Shown here: piece by piece, positions 13,401-28,400 of the stretch | Numbering within the stretch: position 1 is the stretch's first letter | Layout: each line of letters starts with the position of its first letter | Translations under genes and position numbers: made by a program | Assembly (NCBI GenBank): GCA_040954595.2 | Contig: CM082587.2 | Span: 3,232,275 to 3,296,274 of the forward strand | From: Balanoglossus misakiensis | Taxonomy: Eukaryota; Animalia; Hemichordata | Direction of reading: 5' to 3' | DNA length: 64,000 nucleotides | The notes under the pieces: model-generated | Databases searched by the model: none | The model's input: only the letters and a program-made list of their open reading frames with translations | Told to the model about the DNA's origin: nothing

Positions 13401-16400
13401 AAATATCTGAGGGCTTCATCAAATACAAAACGACGCAAGGAATTTACATAAATACAGGTTTGACATTTAAGAAAATTGTCTGAATTAAGGCGATCTTGAA
13501 AGGGCAGTGCTATTCGATTTGTTGGGGAAAATGAAGTTTCATCGGGTTAAGTAAAAATATGATATTTGCTTAAAAGGATTTTACGTGCATCATAAAACAT
13601 TAAAGTGTCTTTACCTTGAAATGATGTTAGCCACGATGGAATAGTTAATGACTTGGATTGATGGAGAGGAGATGGGAAAATGGAAGAAAATGTGCCCCCA
13701 CTGCGATCGTAAATATTGTCACCAAAGCAATTACCCAGAGAGCACAACTTCAAAGAAAATTAACTTCATGAAAATCACGTCTTTCACAATATTCTAAACA
13801 ATGTTTTTTCAGTTGTTCTTTTCGGTGTTTCTGGATTTCCTTCCCAGTCGCTGGACACCTGCAAGTACGGTGACTGGCAAAGTCATGGTTTCCAGTGGGA
13901 TAAACGCTCCACTTTTGCTATTTTGTAATGGGGTATGCCGTTTAATTAGCTGTTCCGCCCCCTCAACCCCCGGAAGCGGTGAAGAAATGAAGCAGTCGCA
14001 GTTCGACTCACTGCCATGATACCAACCAAAGATTCAGCAAAGAACCGGGTCATTTGACATGAATGAGACCGTCTGCTCCGCCGTTGTGACTTGTCATCAT
14101 GGGTGTTGGTGTTACTGAGTCGTCGAGAGATAAGGGCTTTTCAGATTATTCACCAGGGTATTAAGACGTATCAATCTATTTTACGCCCTCGAGCGGTCGA
14201 GAAACTGAACGTCTATTAGGATAAAAAAAAATTGGCGAGTGAATAATATTCTTGGGAAAAATAGGTCTCAATTTGGCATTTGGCAATCTATTTAATGGGC
14301 AGACGACAAGTCGAACGTCAAAACTGCTTTGCAAAAATGTAAATACCCCTTTGGATTTCATTTTCACAATTGGTGTGATACCAATTAATTACTACCCTTT
14401 GGAACTGCAGATTTTAGTCGCACATTATAACGATACTATTGAGAGATGAAAGTCATTAAGGGAAAAATCTTTGTTAGTTTGGGGTAATAAAATAAATGAG
14501 GGGTAGGCAGAGCAGTGAATTGGACATATGCACTTGACCCATGATGCTATCGGAGGAGTTGCCCCCCCCCCCCCCCCAGCATCGAAAAGCGTGACTGTTA
14601 AAATAAGAAAATCACTGAAAATCTCAAGATAGAGACTGAAGAGCAAAGTGGTCTGACAAAAGATATTACTTGTAATCAGGAAATATCATCTCTTCAAATG
14701 TTATCATACTGAGGAGATGGGTACGTTTCATTGCCATGGAAACGTCATAGGTTTTTCTCCTTGTTGATGTACGTCATCGACTGCAGGGGACAATACCAAT
14801 TTTCTCTCTTTTATTCTTTGGGCCGTAGGATTCTACCAGTAACGTTTGAAGTCGGTGTTTATGGCTGTTTCTGAGCATGCGTGGCTCCTCATCTTTAAAC
14901 CACACAAGAGTGAGACGGTAAAAGGAAACATTAATTTTTCAGTTTGGCCAGGGGCAATCAGTAAAAAATATGGAGTTTCATCTAACGAGCCTGTGTGTAT
15001 CAGAAAAGAGAACTACACAGATTAAAGGGGCCTGGTTGGTCCTTGCCAACTCAGTGCATCCGACAAGCTCTGTGAGCATAATTTGTCGTGTGGAAAATGA
15101 AGTAAACTCAAATCCAATCCCACACGTTTTATCTGTTTTCACCACATTCTCTCTGGGAGATCCTGCCGCAAACTTTTGTTTACATACATACGCTCCTTAT
15201 CCAAGATCGTGCGATCAGTGCAAGAGTCATCGTAGGTTGGTCACGTCTGTTGATGGCCGCGATCATTGTGCGCGACATGACTCTCAACCAGAGTTACTGT
15301 GCCCGTGGGAAATAGTACACACAGACGCTTCCACAAGAGAGAGGAAACTAAACGCCCAAACCGTCATGCAGCCTGTTACATGAAACGACCAGCGATGAAA
15401 ACACATGATAGTCACAATTGCCTGTAGGAGCTGCCTGAAATTCTCTGCTTTAACCTATAATGAAAACGGTTTGAGCCGCACAGAAAGAGTTACTGTCAGC
15501 TTTTTCCCATGAAAAGCCATGGTGCGGTGTAATCTGCAACGTATCACCCTACACAGAACACAACCCAATCACGTCCCCCGTGTCAACAATGCCTTTGTGA
15601 GACTTGCAACAATTGATACAACATCTGAGACTAAACAATTTCTTATCATCTGGACTGGTGAAAAAATCGATTGTCAGTGCATTCCCTCTATGCAGCTCAA
15701 ACCGCGCTTTCGTTGTAACATTGTCAAGGAAGACAGAGAATGGTTACTCTACAGCAATCTTAGGGAGACACACATTCGGCACGTTTCAGTACATTGTAAC
15801 TGGGAAGACGTTAACATTCTTCAAGCAAGTACCGCAAGAGCGCAACTAGTGAGAAACCGCAATGTGTATATAAAAAAATTTCAGACTGCTGGGTTATATT
15901 TTGGCAGTACAAATAAATTTACCGAAGCCCAAATCAAGTTCACAATTTTCGTCTGTTCCTCCGTGGGTTTTGTAACAGCAGTGTTGGGTTAAGATTGAAA
16001 ATTCAATAAGTTTCCTTGGAACATTGAATATTGTCGTTTAGTCTCCTATTGCAACATCCGATGCAAAGAAACCACAATTATTAATATTGCTGGGGAAAAC
16101 ACACAAAAAAGCTCCCAATATATTGCGCGATGCTGTTTGTCAATGAGACATCCGTCAATCTGAAGTGTAAAATCCACGCAGTAAAGAAGGAACATTGAAA
16201 GGCTAAGTTTTTTTAAAGAAAATATAGCACCCTACCTGGAGCTAAACAAGAGTCGCACTTTACAGATGGTCGCCTGGTGTGTGTACTTCTGCCTCCCGTT
16301 ATCAACTGTGTAGTGGTCACCGTTACAGAACTTGCATGTAAGTATTTGACTGTCACCAGGTAAAGCGCTGAATGCGAAGATGAGGAAATGTGTAGTTGTA

Positions 16401-19400
16401 TTTATAGAGGCATGTGTCCATCACGAACGGGGTGTAACCCCCTAGGCGTCACATGATAGGCTGACATCCTGTTCGTACTCTGTGACTAGGTGTTGCTGTC
16501 TTTTTTCCAAATTTAGAAGTACTCGCTGAATTCGTAATGACTTAGGGGAGCTGAACCAACTCCCCTGCTGACGTTAACAGCTAGGTAACGACAATTAAAT
16601 TAAAAAAATGGCCAAAGTTTGGGGCCTAATTAGACATTCATACATCCAACGCACATAAGTACGCAGGAAAATGATGAAGGACAGTGCTTTTCTGGGCAGT
16701 TTGACTCATCAAGTCTTCGGTACCTCGTTACCTCATGAATAAGACATTTGCGTGTCGAGAAGGCCTCAGCCGGAGAGGAGAACGTTCTTTAAAGCCAAGG
16801 TGCGCTCCAATTAGAAACGAGGACCGCTGAAGCACTGCTCCAATCTATAATTTGGGGGGAAAGTGTTCATGTTTCCACCAAGATTTTTGTCCTTTACCAC
16901 ATAGCCTGTACGTTTACACCTGTCACTGGTGAAAAAACGTGAGAAGGGAGAGTAGCAGGCTGAGATTACAGAAGTGTTATCGAGGAAAGCACACAACCAA
17001 TTAACTCTAATACACAAGGAGACCCTCCCTACTCAAGAACTCTTTGGAGTGACCTCCCATCTAAACTTGCCCAACGTCAATCAGCAATTTCAGACTATGC
17101 CTCTCACCCTCAGCACTTTTTTTTTTAAATTAAAAATTGAAAGATGTCATAGAAAAATGGGGGAAAGGTGTTGAGTGCGAACCATTTTAATCGTAACGAG
17201 CTGGACTTTACTGGTTCATTAGGATAAAAAAACGGATAGCCTTTCAGACCTCGGGCATCGGGAAGTCTTTGCGACGCCAAATACATATTATATTACAAAT
17301 TACATCAACGGCTGCGTAATTAGTATTAAAGGCTGACAGAGAGTCTGCCACACTACTTTTGTAAAGACATATTTTGCTGTGAGCGAAGCTGTGATAAAGC
17401 CAACAATCATCTTATGTGCAAGTCGTAGTAGCACTGGCAGAAATTTCCATCAGCACAAGAACCATTCGCAGTGTGTCGAACGTCACACTGATTAAATGTA
17501 TATCGGATCGCTACTGTAAGCGCCATCTTTGCCCGGAGACTTTGAAAAGGTGTGCGTACGTGCACTTTAAAGCGGGTATCTTGGCCGCCAACGTTCAATG
17601 GTCATTGGTCGCAATTTCTCGTCAAGCAGTGACGAGAAATAACATGTACATTGTAATTCGGCTGAGTACAATAGCACAAGTCAGCAACTGAACAAATTAT
17701 TTTTCTCCAGACTCGGCATCGGAGAACAGAGAAAACTCACAGCTGTTTGGAGTCCATGCTTTTAATGCGAATATTCCAAATATGAGTTCTACGTTGTAGT
17801 GTTTCCATCTAGACTAGCGTGCAAGCTTGCTTCGCTCTGAAATGACTCTTGCCCAACAATAGAAAGTAACACAGCAGATTGCGCTGGCTGTGTTCGAATC
17901 GTCAGAAATCACCCATTGAAAAGAACAAAATGCACCGCGCTCCCCACAACTAACTCTCTGTCTGTTACTCCCTTCATCTTCCTCACCTTTCTTAAATGTT
18001 AAATTTAACAGCGATGGCAGCGGAGATCACCCTTGGTCGTTTGCAAGTTGTAACACAATACTTTAACCGTTAGCAGTCTGGCGTCATATCGTTTAGAAGC
18101 GCGGACATGATGAGGATACCGCCACGGTATGAAATAACAATTTTCTTTAATTGGATGAAGCCGGTTTCGGTTTGGGGCAGAACAGGTGGTCTTCTGGAGG
18201 AGATGCGAGCTGTAATCGCGTCTTGGAAAGATGTTTTACGCGAACAAGCTCTGCCGCGCTGGCGGTGGAAGAGTTTATTGAGTTAAGAGTGGACGGGTCG
18301 ATGTCGTCACATTTCAAGCTGGATACATGCAGGGTATATCTTTTCTTTGAACTGGTACATTATCTATCGCTCTGCTAATTTGGGGGGAAAAGTTGGTTTA
18401 ATTTCAGTATTTTTCCGTATTTTTATATCATACCAGGCTTAGAACCGTGTATACATGAAAAAAGGCTGGAGTCAACTGAAAGGTAACTCAAGTAGCTAAT
18501 GGTCACCCGATGGACCAGACATGAAGACATAATGGTGTGTGTGCCAAATATATTTTTATCTGAAGGATCAGGTACTTATGCCACAACATAACGATTAAAA
18601 ATAAATCGTTGGTAAAGGTTTTCTTTTTACGATATTGCCATTTTTATATCGCTTCACAGATCCTTTATCTTTATAATGAGAATGCAAAATGCCGTTTGTT
18701 TGCTTTTCATTTCATGTGAAATGTGTAAGCTCGATAATGTCTGCTGATGCGTTGAGAGTTGCCCTTTAATATATGCTACGTTTCTGTGTTTCTGTCGTAC
18801 GATAAGTTTGCGTGCATCTTCTTATTCCGCACAAATATGGCCAAACGACACTTTATTGTAGTTGGATAACGGCCAAATGAGCAAGTAATGGTGCTCGGAT
18901 TACTTGGATATAATGCGGACACGAATTTTTATTACTGTAGATCCCTGTGAAAGGTCAAAATCCACAGAAAAGTTAAAAAACAATATGAAATGAAACAAAA
19001 CAACCACCTAAATTACCGGACTTTAATGAGTGCTGTTGCTCCATCTTCGAATGACCATGTCATACACTCATTGAAAATGACAGAAGAGGGGATATTTTGG
19101 AAGTTTCATTAAGGTAGATGTGAAAATGCGTATTGCCCCTGGGGTAATTGCAGATTTCTATTATACGACACCAGCCTTTCTCCCATAAGAATAATGTTCG
19201 CACATTAAAATTTGATCAAGAATGAAATATTTTCTCTCTGCTATACAACCAACAGGCCGGACACAATGGCGCTAGTACAGATATGATCTTTTAACCGACG
19301 CCGTAAGTGCAAAATATTGTTATTTTTATCTCTGTGACATTTTCTGACAGCTTTGGTTTATAACAAGGAAAGTGCCGATATCAGAATAATTTTTGAGTGT

Positions 19401-22400
19401 CGTAAATTTAATTTTTCCACCCGGGAATCATTGTGTATATTAAAAAGAATAACACTTCACTTCTTTTGACTTCACTATTAGTATTCTCATGACCATGTAG
19501 CTGCGCATGATCTTTTTGGCGTACCCTCAAGTGAAATTGTGTGATTGGCTAAATCTACTGTAACAGTAGTCATAGTGTATGTCGTGTGCTTTTATATGGT
19601 GGCCAGCACCAACTACAAAAGGGAGTTCAAAGAAGTCGCGACCAGCGGCATTTTGACGACATCGAACGCTGACCCACAATTACTCCTTCGAGTGCGCAAA
19701 TCAGAATGCCTATGTTTTCATCACTGCCACTCACTTTTGAAAAGCAATTTATGACATGCTTCCATTTGTATATTTGCATGTATCATGACGCTCCTGAAAA
19801 GAATACCATTTCCTGGCGCGCAAACCCTGTAGGTTCTCGAATCCTGCACAATGACATTATATAATAATACCGAGAAGATATGATTGCAAATTGGCTGTCT
19901 CAAGCAGCGTAATGTTCAGAAAATGACGGAAATGTGTCGTCTGACCAATCTGTAATTTATCCTTAGTATCCTATAAAGTGTTGACGACTCTGGAGTTTGT
20001 ACCGGTAGATCGCTACTTAGTTGTTATAAGGCCGCATTTCCAGTTTAGACAGTCTACACTGGAAGGGTTGGGTAGTAAAAACGAGTTATAGACCCCTTAA
20101 CATCCCGCATATAATTGCAGGCTCCTTATTCCTGAACCAAACCAGAGCTCCTACTATTCCAATAGCCCACGACATGGACATTCATGATATAACCGCTTCG
20201 CCACTTTTTCAACAATATCCCACAAATCAGTACCAACAAAGTGCGAATTTAGTGATATGTGTGTATTACGCTCTTTTTCATAAAAGGAATTTTCACTGCT
20301 GAAATCGTAACCGCACCGCACTCTCGTAACAAGTTTTACACGCATGTATTTTAAAAGATTCCTGCCAGAAATATCTTAGATTTAACGATTCTGTCTCCAG
20401 GGGATGCCTGTAAAATGTGCGGGCTTTGCGTGAAAATAATCATGGTGATTGCCTACGCAGACTCGTTTTTCCAGACAACCAGAAATCTGGACAATGAAGA
20501 GTTCTCTAGTTGCAATGCAATAAGATGCTATTTCTCATTGGACAAAGATATGCAAATATATAATTATTTGTTTGTTTGTTTGTTGATTTATGGTTGGTTG
20601 GTTTTTTAGTTTATGCGACGATGACTTTCGCATCAGTGACGTGTATGACTGATAATTTTGTTATCGGCAGATCTAGACCATCTACAAATATCTTGACCCT
20701 GTAATGCGAAGGGTAATGTCTGCTGATATTTTTCTCACTAATGTGCGTTTCATTGGTCCACGAATTGGCCAGATTATGGTATCATTGTCAGCTGCAAACA
20801 ATGGGTGGTTTTCTAATAAGCACAATAAAGTAAAATGGCGTAGACTACCATTGCATTTTCTAGAAGGTATACCTATCTATATCTACCCACACACCAACCA
20901 CCTGTCAATCCGTCCATCTAAACGGCAATGCCTATATTCCTTTCCTTAGCAGGGGTTCTTATAATCACTTGCTTTAATGGTTGTTTGTGACACAAAATTA
21001 TTTAAGGAGATTATTGTTTTCAGAATATTCACAGGGAAAATCATTTACCCTATAACGATGAATAGTTGTGGATATTGATTGATCTTGTTGAGGCAAGATT
21101 AAATATTAAAGATTTATGAAATCAGATAAACATCACACAAGTATCCACTTGTACTAACGGCTTCCTGAAATAGAAACTCCATAATATTTCTTGATTACAT
21201 AATGACATAATGTATCATAAACGCTCTGTGTAGAGTTGTTTCTGACAAGCGTGATTATTGAAATGTCAGTAGTGATATCAGTCTTAATCAATTAGTTTAG
21301 CTGCAAGATGTTAATGACGAATCCAGAAAGATATTGAAATCAGCTACACAGGGCAGAATTAAGTTACTGTTTTCATCATTCTGTATCCACTTAAAACAAC
21401 TGACCTTATATCTGTTATGAACCAAAAGGATAACAAAAGGTACAGCTGTGCATAACAATGCCCCTTTAAAACTTACGAAACTGAATGATGTAACACACAC
21501 AAAGCAGACGCTTTCTAGTCTTAGTATAACGTTCTTCAAAACCGAGTCTGAGGACTTCAATAAATGTCAGAAAACTACAACTCCTGACAGTATGTGTTTT
21601 ATACATGTCGAATACTGCTCACACTGGTATGTTGTCTGCATGTACCGTATGTGGGAAGCACTTCTAGTTTCAGCAACAATGCTGCAACTTGCGGCAATAC
21701 TTCTGTATCAGATTTGTCGGGAGTGTTTGAACAAAAGAATTCTCCAGTGCAGCAACAGCACATTCACCATATCAGGTGTGAATTGTCAAATCCCCACAAG
21801 TCTCGTCATCCCGCTGAATGAATACCGAACCGAGAATCCAGGGCACACACAGTCTCGAATTACAAATCTGTGAGGGATAGTCTCCGAGCACAACGCGGCA
21901 AACTGTAGTGTATCAAATAAGACTGAGTACAGGGAACTCCAAAACCAATTAAGCACTGTCTCTTTCATTTTCAGCTCCGAAAGGGTCGAAAGGTCAAACA
22001 TGCCAACTCGTGATGTTATTTTGATTTATTTTTGTTGCCAGACATGTCTTTTCGGATTATTAACAGCATTCGAGCAAACAGTCTAATGTCACCATGATGT
22101 ATTCATCTGCATTATCAATATATTGTCCTATTTGTACCCCTTAAAAGAGGGACAGCAACTTTTAGAGTCAGTGCGTTTCAAGGAAGACGAAATACGTGAA
22201 CATTTAAAGTACCAATTTATTAGGTCCATATGTTTTCAAAAAGAACAACCATTAATGTTATCGAATGAAGAATATGCCCCATTAAGATATATATTGCTAT
22301 CAAGCAACAAATATTAAATACCCTTGTGCCAATACTGTGTTTGCAGGCCCATATGAAGATCGCCATATCATAAGTATTAAATTTAGTCCCCATCTACCGG

Positions 22401-25400
22401 TATGCAAACACAAATATGACCTCTGATATTCCAAAAAACCAAACAAGCCACATAAACTGGTTGTAAACTACTCTATAATGATTCTATTTCCTCAGAACCA
22501 TTCACATCCACTGCTTTTATCCGGTTTGTCCAGCTGCAAAAATCATGATGACGGCAACATATCTGGCTTAACCACATGAGATCTCACAGGATCTCGTGGA
22601 GTTCGGAAAATGGTATATTGCAAGGGGTATGTACTCTGACGCCTACATATTGTCCTTTTTTAACGTTTTGCCAGTTTTACATAGGACTCCCGGATGCTTG
22701 TCACAACCTTTTTTGTGATCATTTCCATGACGTATTTGCATGCATTTGTAGAATGCAACACCCTCGAAGGGCACGAATCACAGATTTAGATTTGGACTTG
22801 GTACTTCTTGGCCTGCCGGATGTGACGCATATGCGCTAATTTTGGACAGTTTTGTTTACTTGCTCGGGGTCAAGTAGGAAGTCGTATTCACGTCAGTTAC
22901 GCTTTTACTTCATTAAACTGGTCGATGTACGGTAGGCTCCTGCAGGTTCATATGCGGACCTATTCGATATTACAAACCCGCCTCCAAAGATAAACATATC
23001 GAACGAATGGCATACATACACACAGACAGATAGATAGATACAGAGGAAAAGAGCCGGACAAAGGTGGAAGGACGACTCTGAGAGCCCATCACGTCATCGG
23101 TAATCGAATAATAAAAAATCATGATTGTCAATTGGAGCTGACAACCGGCATGCCACAATTCTGACTGCACTCCATCGGTACACGCAGTTTTTTGCATTAA
23201 AGATCTCTGAAGTAAGTATTCTGCACTGTGGTTTACTGAGACAAATCAGGAATCACCGAAAGTGGCATCATTAGTCTCGTTGCTACTGGAAACCGACTTG
23301 CGTCTCCGTTGAACAGTAGAACAGTAAAGGTTTGTGTGCGTAAAATTTGTCTTTATGCTCTCTGACAGATGGTACAGGTCTTCACCAGTTCGGTGGTATA
23401 TGTTTTTTCAGTATTTCTTGAGTGACATTTTATGTCAGTCGGTGGTTTCTTGTAAGAACGTTATTTTCCCTCAGGTCAGCGGTCACATTGTTTCGGAGAC
23501 CTCTGACCTCTAATTGACACTGTCAAAACAAACCAACACCTAAGGTTTTATGTGCACTGTATTACACAAAGTCGCATGGCTGTTATTTTATGGTTCCCGC
23601 TTGAGATAAATGAGTGAATACACAACTAAACGGCACGTCAGTTTGTCCATTGCTAAACTGCATTATACATGTACATGGTCGTTTCCATGGCAAGCAGTCA
23701 ACCTGGTAGTTACGGCACAGCACGTGGTGTACCGCAATGGGAAATAACGCACGTTTCGAACAACCTCGAAAAAAACTGATCCAGAATTTCCTGACAGGAA
23801 AGAAATATTAGAAGCCTATGTAAAAATAAGAACAAGTTTATCCTTCACCCCCAGAACAATATCTGCTACTGAGAAGGTTTCTAAACAGGTATATACAATC
23901 GTGTTGGGTCACCGTATACGGTAGAATATTTATACGCATAAAATGCAAACGATGAATACATATTGGATGGTAAACCACAAGCAGGGATAATAGTTTCCAT
24001 TTGTGTACGTTACACTATACCGGTACAAATGTGTGGGATCGGCAGCTTCTGCCTCCCGCCGCTCAGCACACACCTGTACCTCCATTGTGATGAATATCTC
24101 CATCGCATCAGATATGATGTCAAAGATAGAGGTATATTAACCGGTGGCTGCGTGCCCTCTTCCATCAATACTGTCATAGGGAGACAGTGCAAGTCCCAGT
24201 GACATTTGCATTGAATATCCTTACATTTAATCGAATGCTTCGCCGGATAATTTAAGTTGTTCAAATATTTGCTGTGCAAACTTCTGCATAACCATAGACC
24301 TTTGGATATGAGGCAGAGGCGATGGAGAAAACTATATGGCTTTAAACTAATGAAACAATATAGGGCGTCAGTGGTCTGTGACACATTGCACGACAAAAAA
24401 TCCTAGACTATAACTGATGCTCCAGAAAGATTACAACTGATGTAGGCCTATGCCCCAAATGCTAAATTGGGTATATGAAGAATTGCATTACTACTTCCAC
24501 AGACATTTCACTGAGTACAATTTGTTCCCCTGCAAAGTTCAAGCTGCGGCATTACCCCCCACCCCCACCACGGCATCCTATCGTCTCCCGAAATCAATAC
24601 ATGCACACTTTTCAATGTGACTGTGGAAACGGTTCAATTGCTTGAGAACGAGGGCAGGGAAATCATAACTAAGAATTGTCTGTCACGCTGCTCAATCTGG
24701 ATGATGAAGTGATTCACCGTTCAGCCGCTTGTAGTGTTTGGGAGTAGCTTGGTTATCGCCAGAGAAAATCGGGGTCAGGGAAGTCTATTGCTGCTCTTCC
24801 TCTTGTACAAGAGTGAATTATCTGTAACTATTAACGAACGTTGGGCTTAGTATACATGCTCGTTAATCACAGTTTTTCCATTAGACAACGGATGTCCCCT
24901 GGAGCAATATGCGTCGTACAGCTCTCGCAAGGAGATTTGGAAATAAAAGTCGTTTCTTGCCCGCTCAACCCGGGAGAACGTTTCCAACACTTTTTCGAGT
25001 GTCGTCACGTTTTGTTGAACAGATGTGTTTTGTGTTGTTTATGGTTTCCATAGCAGCAGAGGGTGCATCGACTTTTGTCCTTGTCAGCATGATTTAAAGT
25101 CAGTCTGACTGAAACTTTTGCCTGCGTGATGCAAAACCTGAGATGGCCTTTCCGCCGTGTTTGCAACTGTTATCGATTGGAAGTGCAAAAGAGGAGATTA
25201 ACCGATTTCCAATAGCAACCTAGAATGATTTGTTCTGTTTTCCCGCCACACATTAGGCACAGAAGCATTTTCAGTCAGCTGGCAAGGCAGTCTCGGCGAA
25301 TAGGCTCGATATCCGCAAGACAAACGAATCGAACCATGAAGAACCAGAAACTATGACGTCACCATTTAAAAGAATCATTAAATTTTACATCGACGCAAAG

Positions 25401-28400
25401 GTTAAAGGCCCCCCGAGATCCAACAATTGACATTTTTGTCATGTACTTTTTAAACTAAATTAAATCATTTGATGTATACAAAAGCTTATGCAGATATCAT
25501 TAACCACTAAATGGTACTGGATGTGGAAGTGTGAACAATATAAACAATAAACGGGTGCCACACTCAAATATCGTTGGCTTTGCCTGAAAGTGTAAACAGT
25601 AGGTACATGTAGGTCAGGCATACAGTGAAAAATTATGAGTCGATCTGTTCGCCTGTTTATTTGTAAGTCTTTCGGGATTACTCCCATTTAGAGGCCAACT
25701 CATTCTCATTGCCTTGTTAACATCAACACACGTGTTGGCAACTTTGATAGCCCTGCAGTTAACTGTTACTGTAACCCATGGTAACAGACAAGATCAAAAG
25801 AAGTATTTATCCATATTTCTTACTCTGTGTGTGTGTATTCGTCTGTCTGTCTGCCTGTCTTGGATATGTAGGTACATTGTAGGTAGGCATGAGAACATAA
25901 ATTGAAAATCTGCAGAAAAGAAACCCTTTGTTATTTCTAAGTGCCCTTGTTACGGAATATGATTGTTTATCTCAGCAAATGTCACGAACATGCCGTTAAT
26001 GTGCCCGGCACCTGCTGTGACCCCGACTTCAACATTTTAATTGTAAACGGTCCGAGTCTATTTTGGGGGTTTTGTTTGTCGTCTTCCAGGATAGACCCAC
26101 GTGTGTCTAAATGTCAGAACGCACGGTGGCATTCTTAGTTAGTTTGACCGACTTCACTTACAGCCAATGCCAAACAAGCTTGAAGTTTCTTTGTTTCTGG
26201 GTGATGCCTAATTCTTTGCAAAAAAAGAAAAGAATATATCGATTCTGATTTTGAGTTTTGGTAAATTTCGCAAGTCATCGCAGAAAAAAAGTATGTATTG
26301 CGACAGTAAAGATATTTCTTGCGAACTCATTCGCCTCAATTTTAAATCATCGCTCCAGTATTGCACCGAACACAGCTGCATGCATTCATGATTGCACTCG
26401 CGCGCTTCTTTGACTCTATTATGGCATGGGTTCATTCGAAGAGGACGTCAAAAACAACGTATCTATTGAAGGAGCTTCTCCCCGGGGAAATCTCTCACTT
26501 CTACCCTACTGATTTCTGTTCCAGTGAACCGATTCACTTCCGGCGAGACCTTGTGCCTTCTGATGCAGGGATCGATCCGATCATACCCCAAAGCCTTCCC
26601 GCCCGCAGCATTTATACCCAGCACAGTCTCTGATCCTAAAATGCGATATGCACGTACTCGGTGGGAAAAGATTAGCGAGTTACGCCGACTGTCAATAATT
26701 CTTTTAAGTCAGTGAATAAACACACAAGACGTTATCGTTCACTACAGGGACGGCGAGTTCTTCAATTCGATTGTTTCTCACTCGGGTAAAAATTTCCCTG
26801 GAAACAAAGTTGCGTGCAGTCAATATAACCTACTATTTTCATATTCTTTACAATGATGGAATCCGTCGCATATAAATTACATGCAAATTTGCTTTACATT
26901 GCTTCAGTCGTTTATACCTGTTCGTGAATTGTGTGTGAGATAGCAGAAACACGCATTTCATCTCTCTCCCCCCCTCTCTACCTCGAGTTTTAGCACTTTT
27001 CTCTCGACTCTTGTGTCGAGCGAGCGTTCTATGATGCTGAACGAAGAACAGAACTACATCTTATCATTCAACAACCCAGAAAGTAGGGAACACCCTTTGG
27101 CGAACGAGTAAACCCTCGTAAAATGCCCGGGGAGGGGAGGGGGGCTATATAAAACCTTCGGACATCAGTGAAAATTGTTTAAGTTGTTAGAGCTTGACTT
27201 AGCGTTTTTTAGATTTGAGGTCAATTATTTGACTAAGTAGTTTCACAGCAACAGCTACTGTGAACTATTTAAATGGAGCGGTGATTTGCAGCGATAAAGG
27301 ATTGTGCTGTAAGGGCAATACCCTGAATGGAAGGAGTCAAATTGTTGTACCATAATGCTCTCACGATCGCATAGTCACCCTGTTGTAGAATTCACTCCCC
27401 GTTTCTTTATAGGTAATCAATACCAATACCAGGTCAAACATTGATGTGGGTATAGGCCCATTGCCTGGGATCGTTACACTCTCTCAACCACACCAGTTTA
27501 GCATATGATATTGAGTAATGTTTTGATAGAAGGCAATTTCGGTAATCAAAGTAAAGGATAAAAACAATTCTTTAAAGTTTTCTGTCTCTTTCGAGAATTG
27601 ATTTAATTGATTGCACCATCAAGTTACATTAATCAAGCCTACAAAACAACTATTTTTATAAGCCGTGATGAGCTACGATGCTTGCAGTTTGCAGTCTGAA
27701 AAACCTTCGCAAAACAAACCAGGAGAGTTTGAGAACCATTTGAGAACCAACAATCTGCAATTAACTGATTTGCTAGTCATCTCGAAGGCCAGCTGGTCTA
27801 AAATTGCCACCGATTACAAAAATGATTCGAATTTATGGGTCCAAGTTCGTTGTGCCTTGTCGAACATGAGAGAAGCAAAGAGACGACTGCAGGTGGTTAA
27901 ATAATTGGAGGAAAGAAACTGTGGAAGTATGGTGAAGGAAATATCACAGTCTGGCACGGCATTGTAGGGCTGTACAGGAGTCTTTACGTTCGTTCCTGGA
28001 ATTGATACACTCGTGTTTTGAGGCAACACAATTTAAGTCGACAAAGAAACAGCGATACTGGATCGAAACAGCTGCTTATTCTCTCCATTAAATTGCCATG
28101 AAAATATACAGCGTCTATTACAGGTAGCGTGCTGGAGGGGTATTGAAATTCTTTTATGCGAAGAAACACGCTAGAGGGCCTTTGCAAAAAAAATTGCACA
28201 GTATAGTAGGGGATAGCCAGGTCGGAAGTCATTTTGCCATTTACGTTTTTAATAGGTTACTAGTAAAGACTCCTTTCTTAATGGACCACATAAAAGTGAA
28301 GAGGTTTAGGACGAAGTACCTGTGAACTTTGTTTATTGCTTTATGTACGTTCGGGCCTTAATACATGTCATTGGCTTTTCATTCTTTCACTTCTAATGAT

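Noticed and set aside
14970-15992. 137-aa and 157-aa ORFs
   Set aside because: No recognisable domain or splice context; consistent with chance ORFs
27126-27170. G-rich tract plus TATATAAAA as a promoter
   Set aside because: No downstream exon or donor identified; cccgggg-G-run starts are common repeat ends
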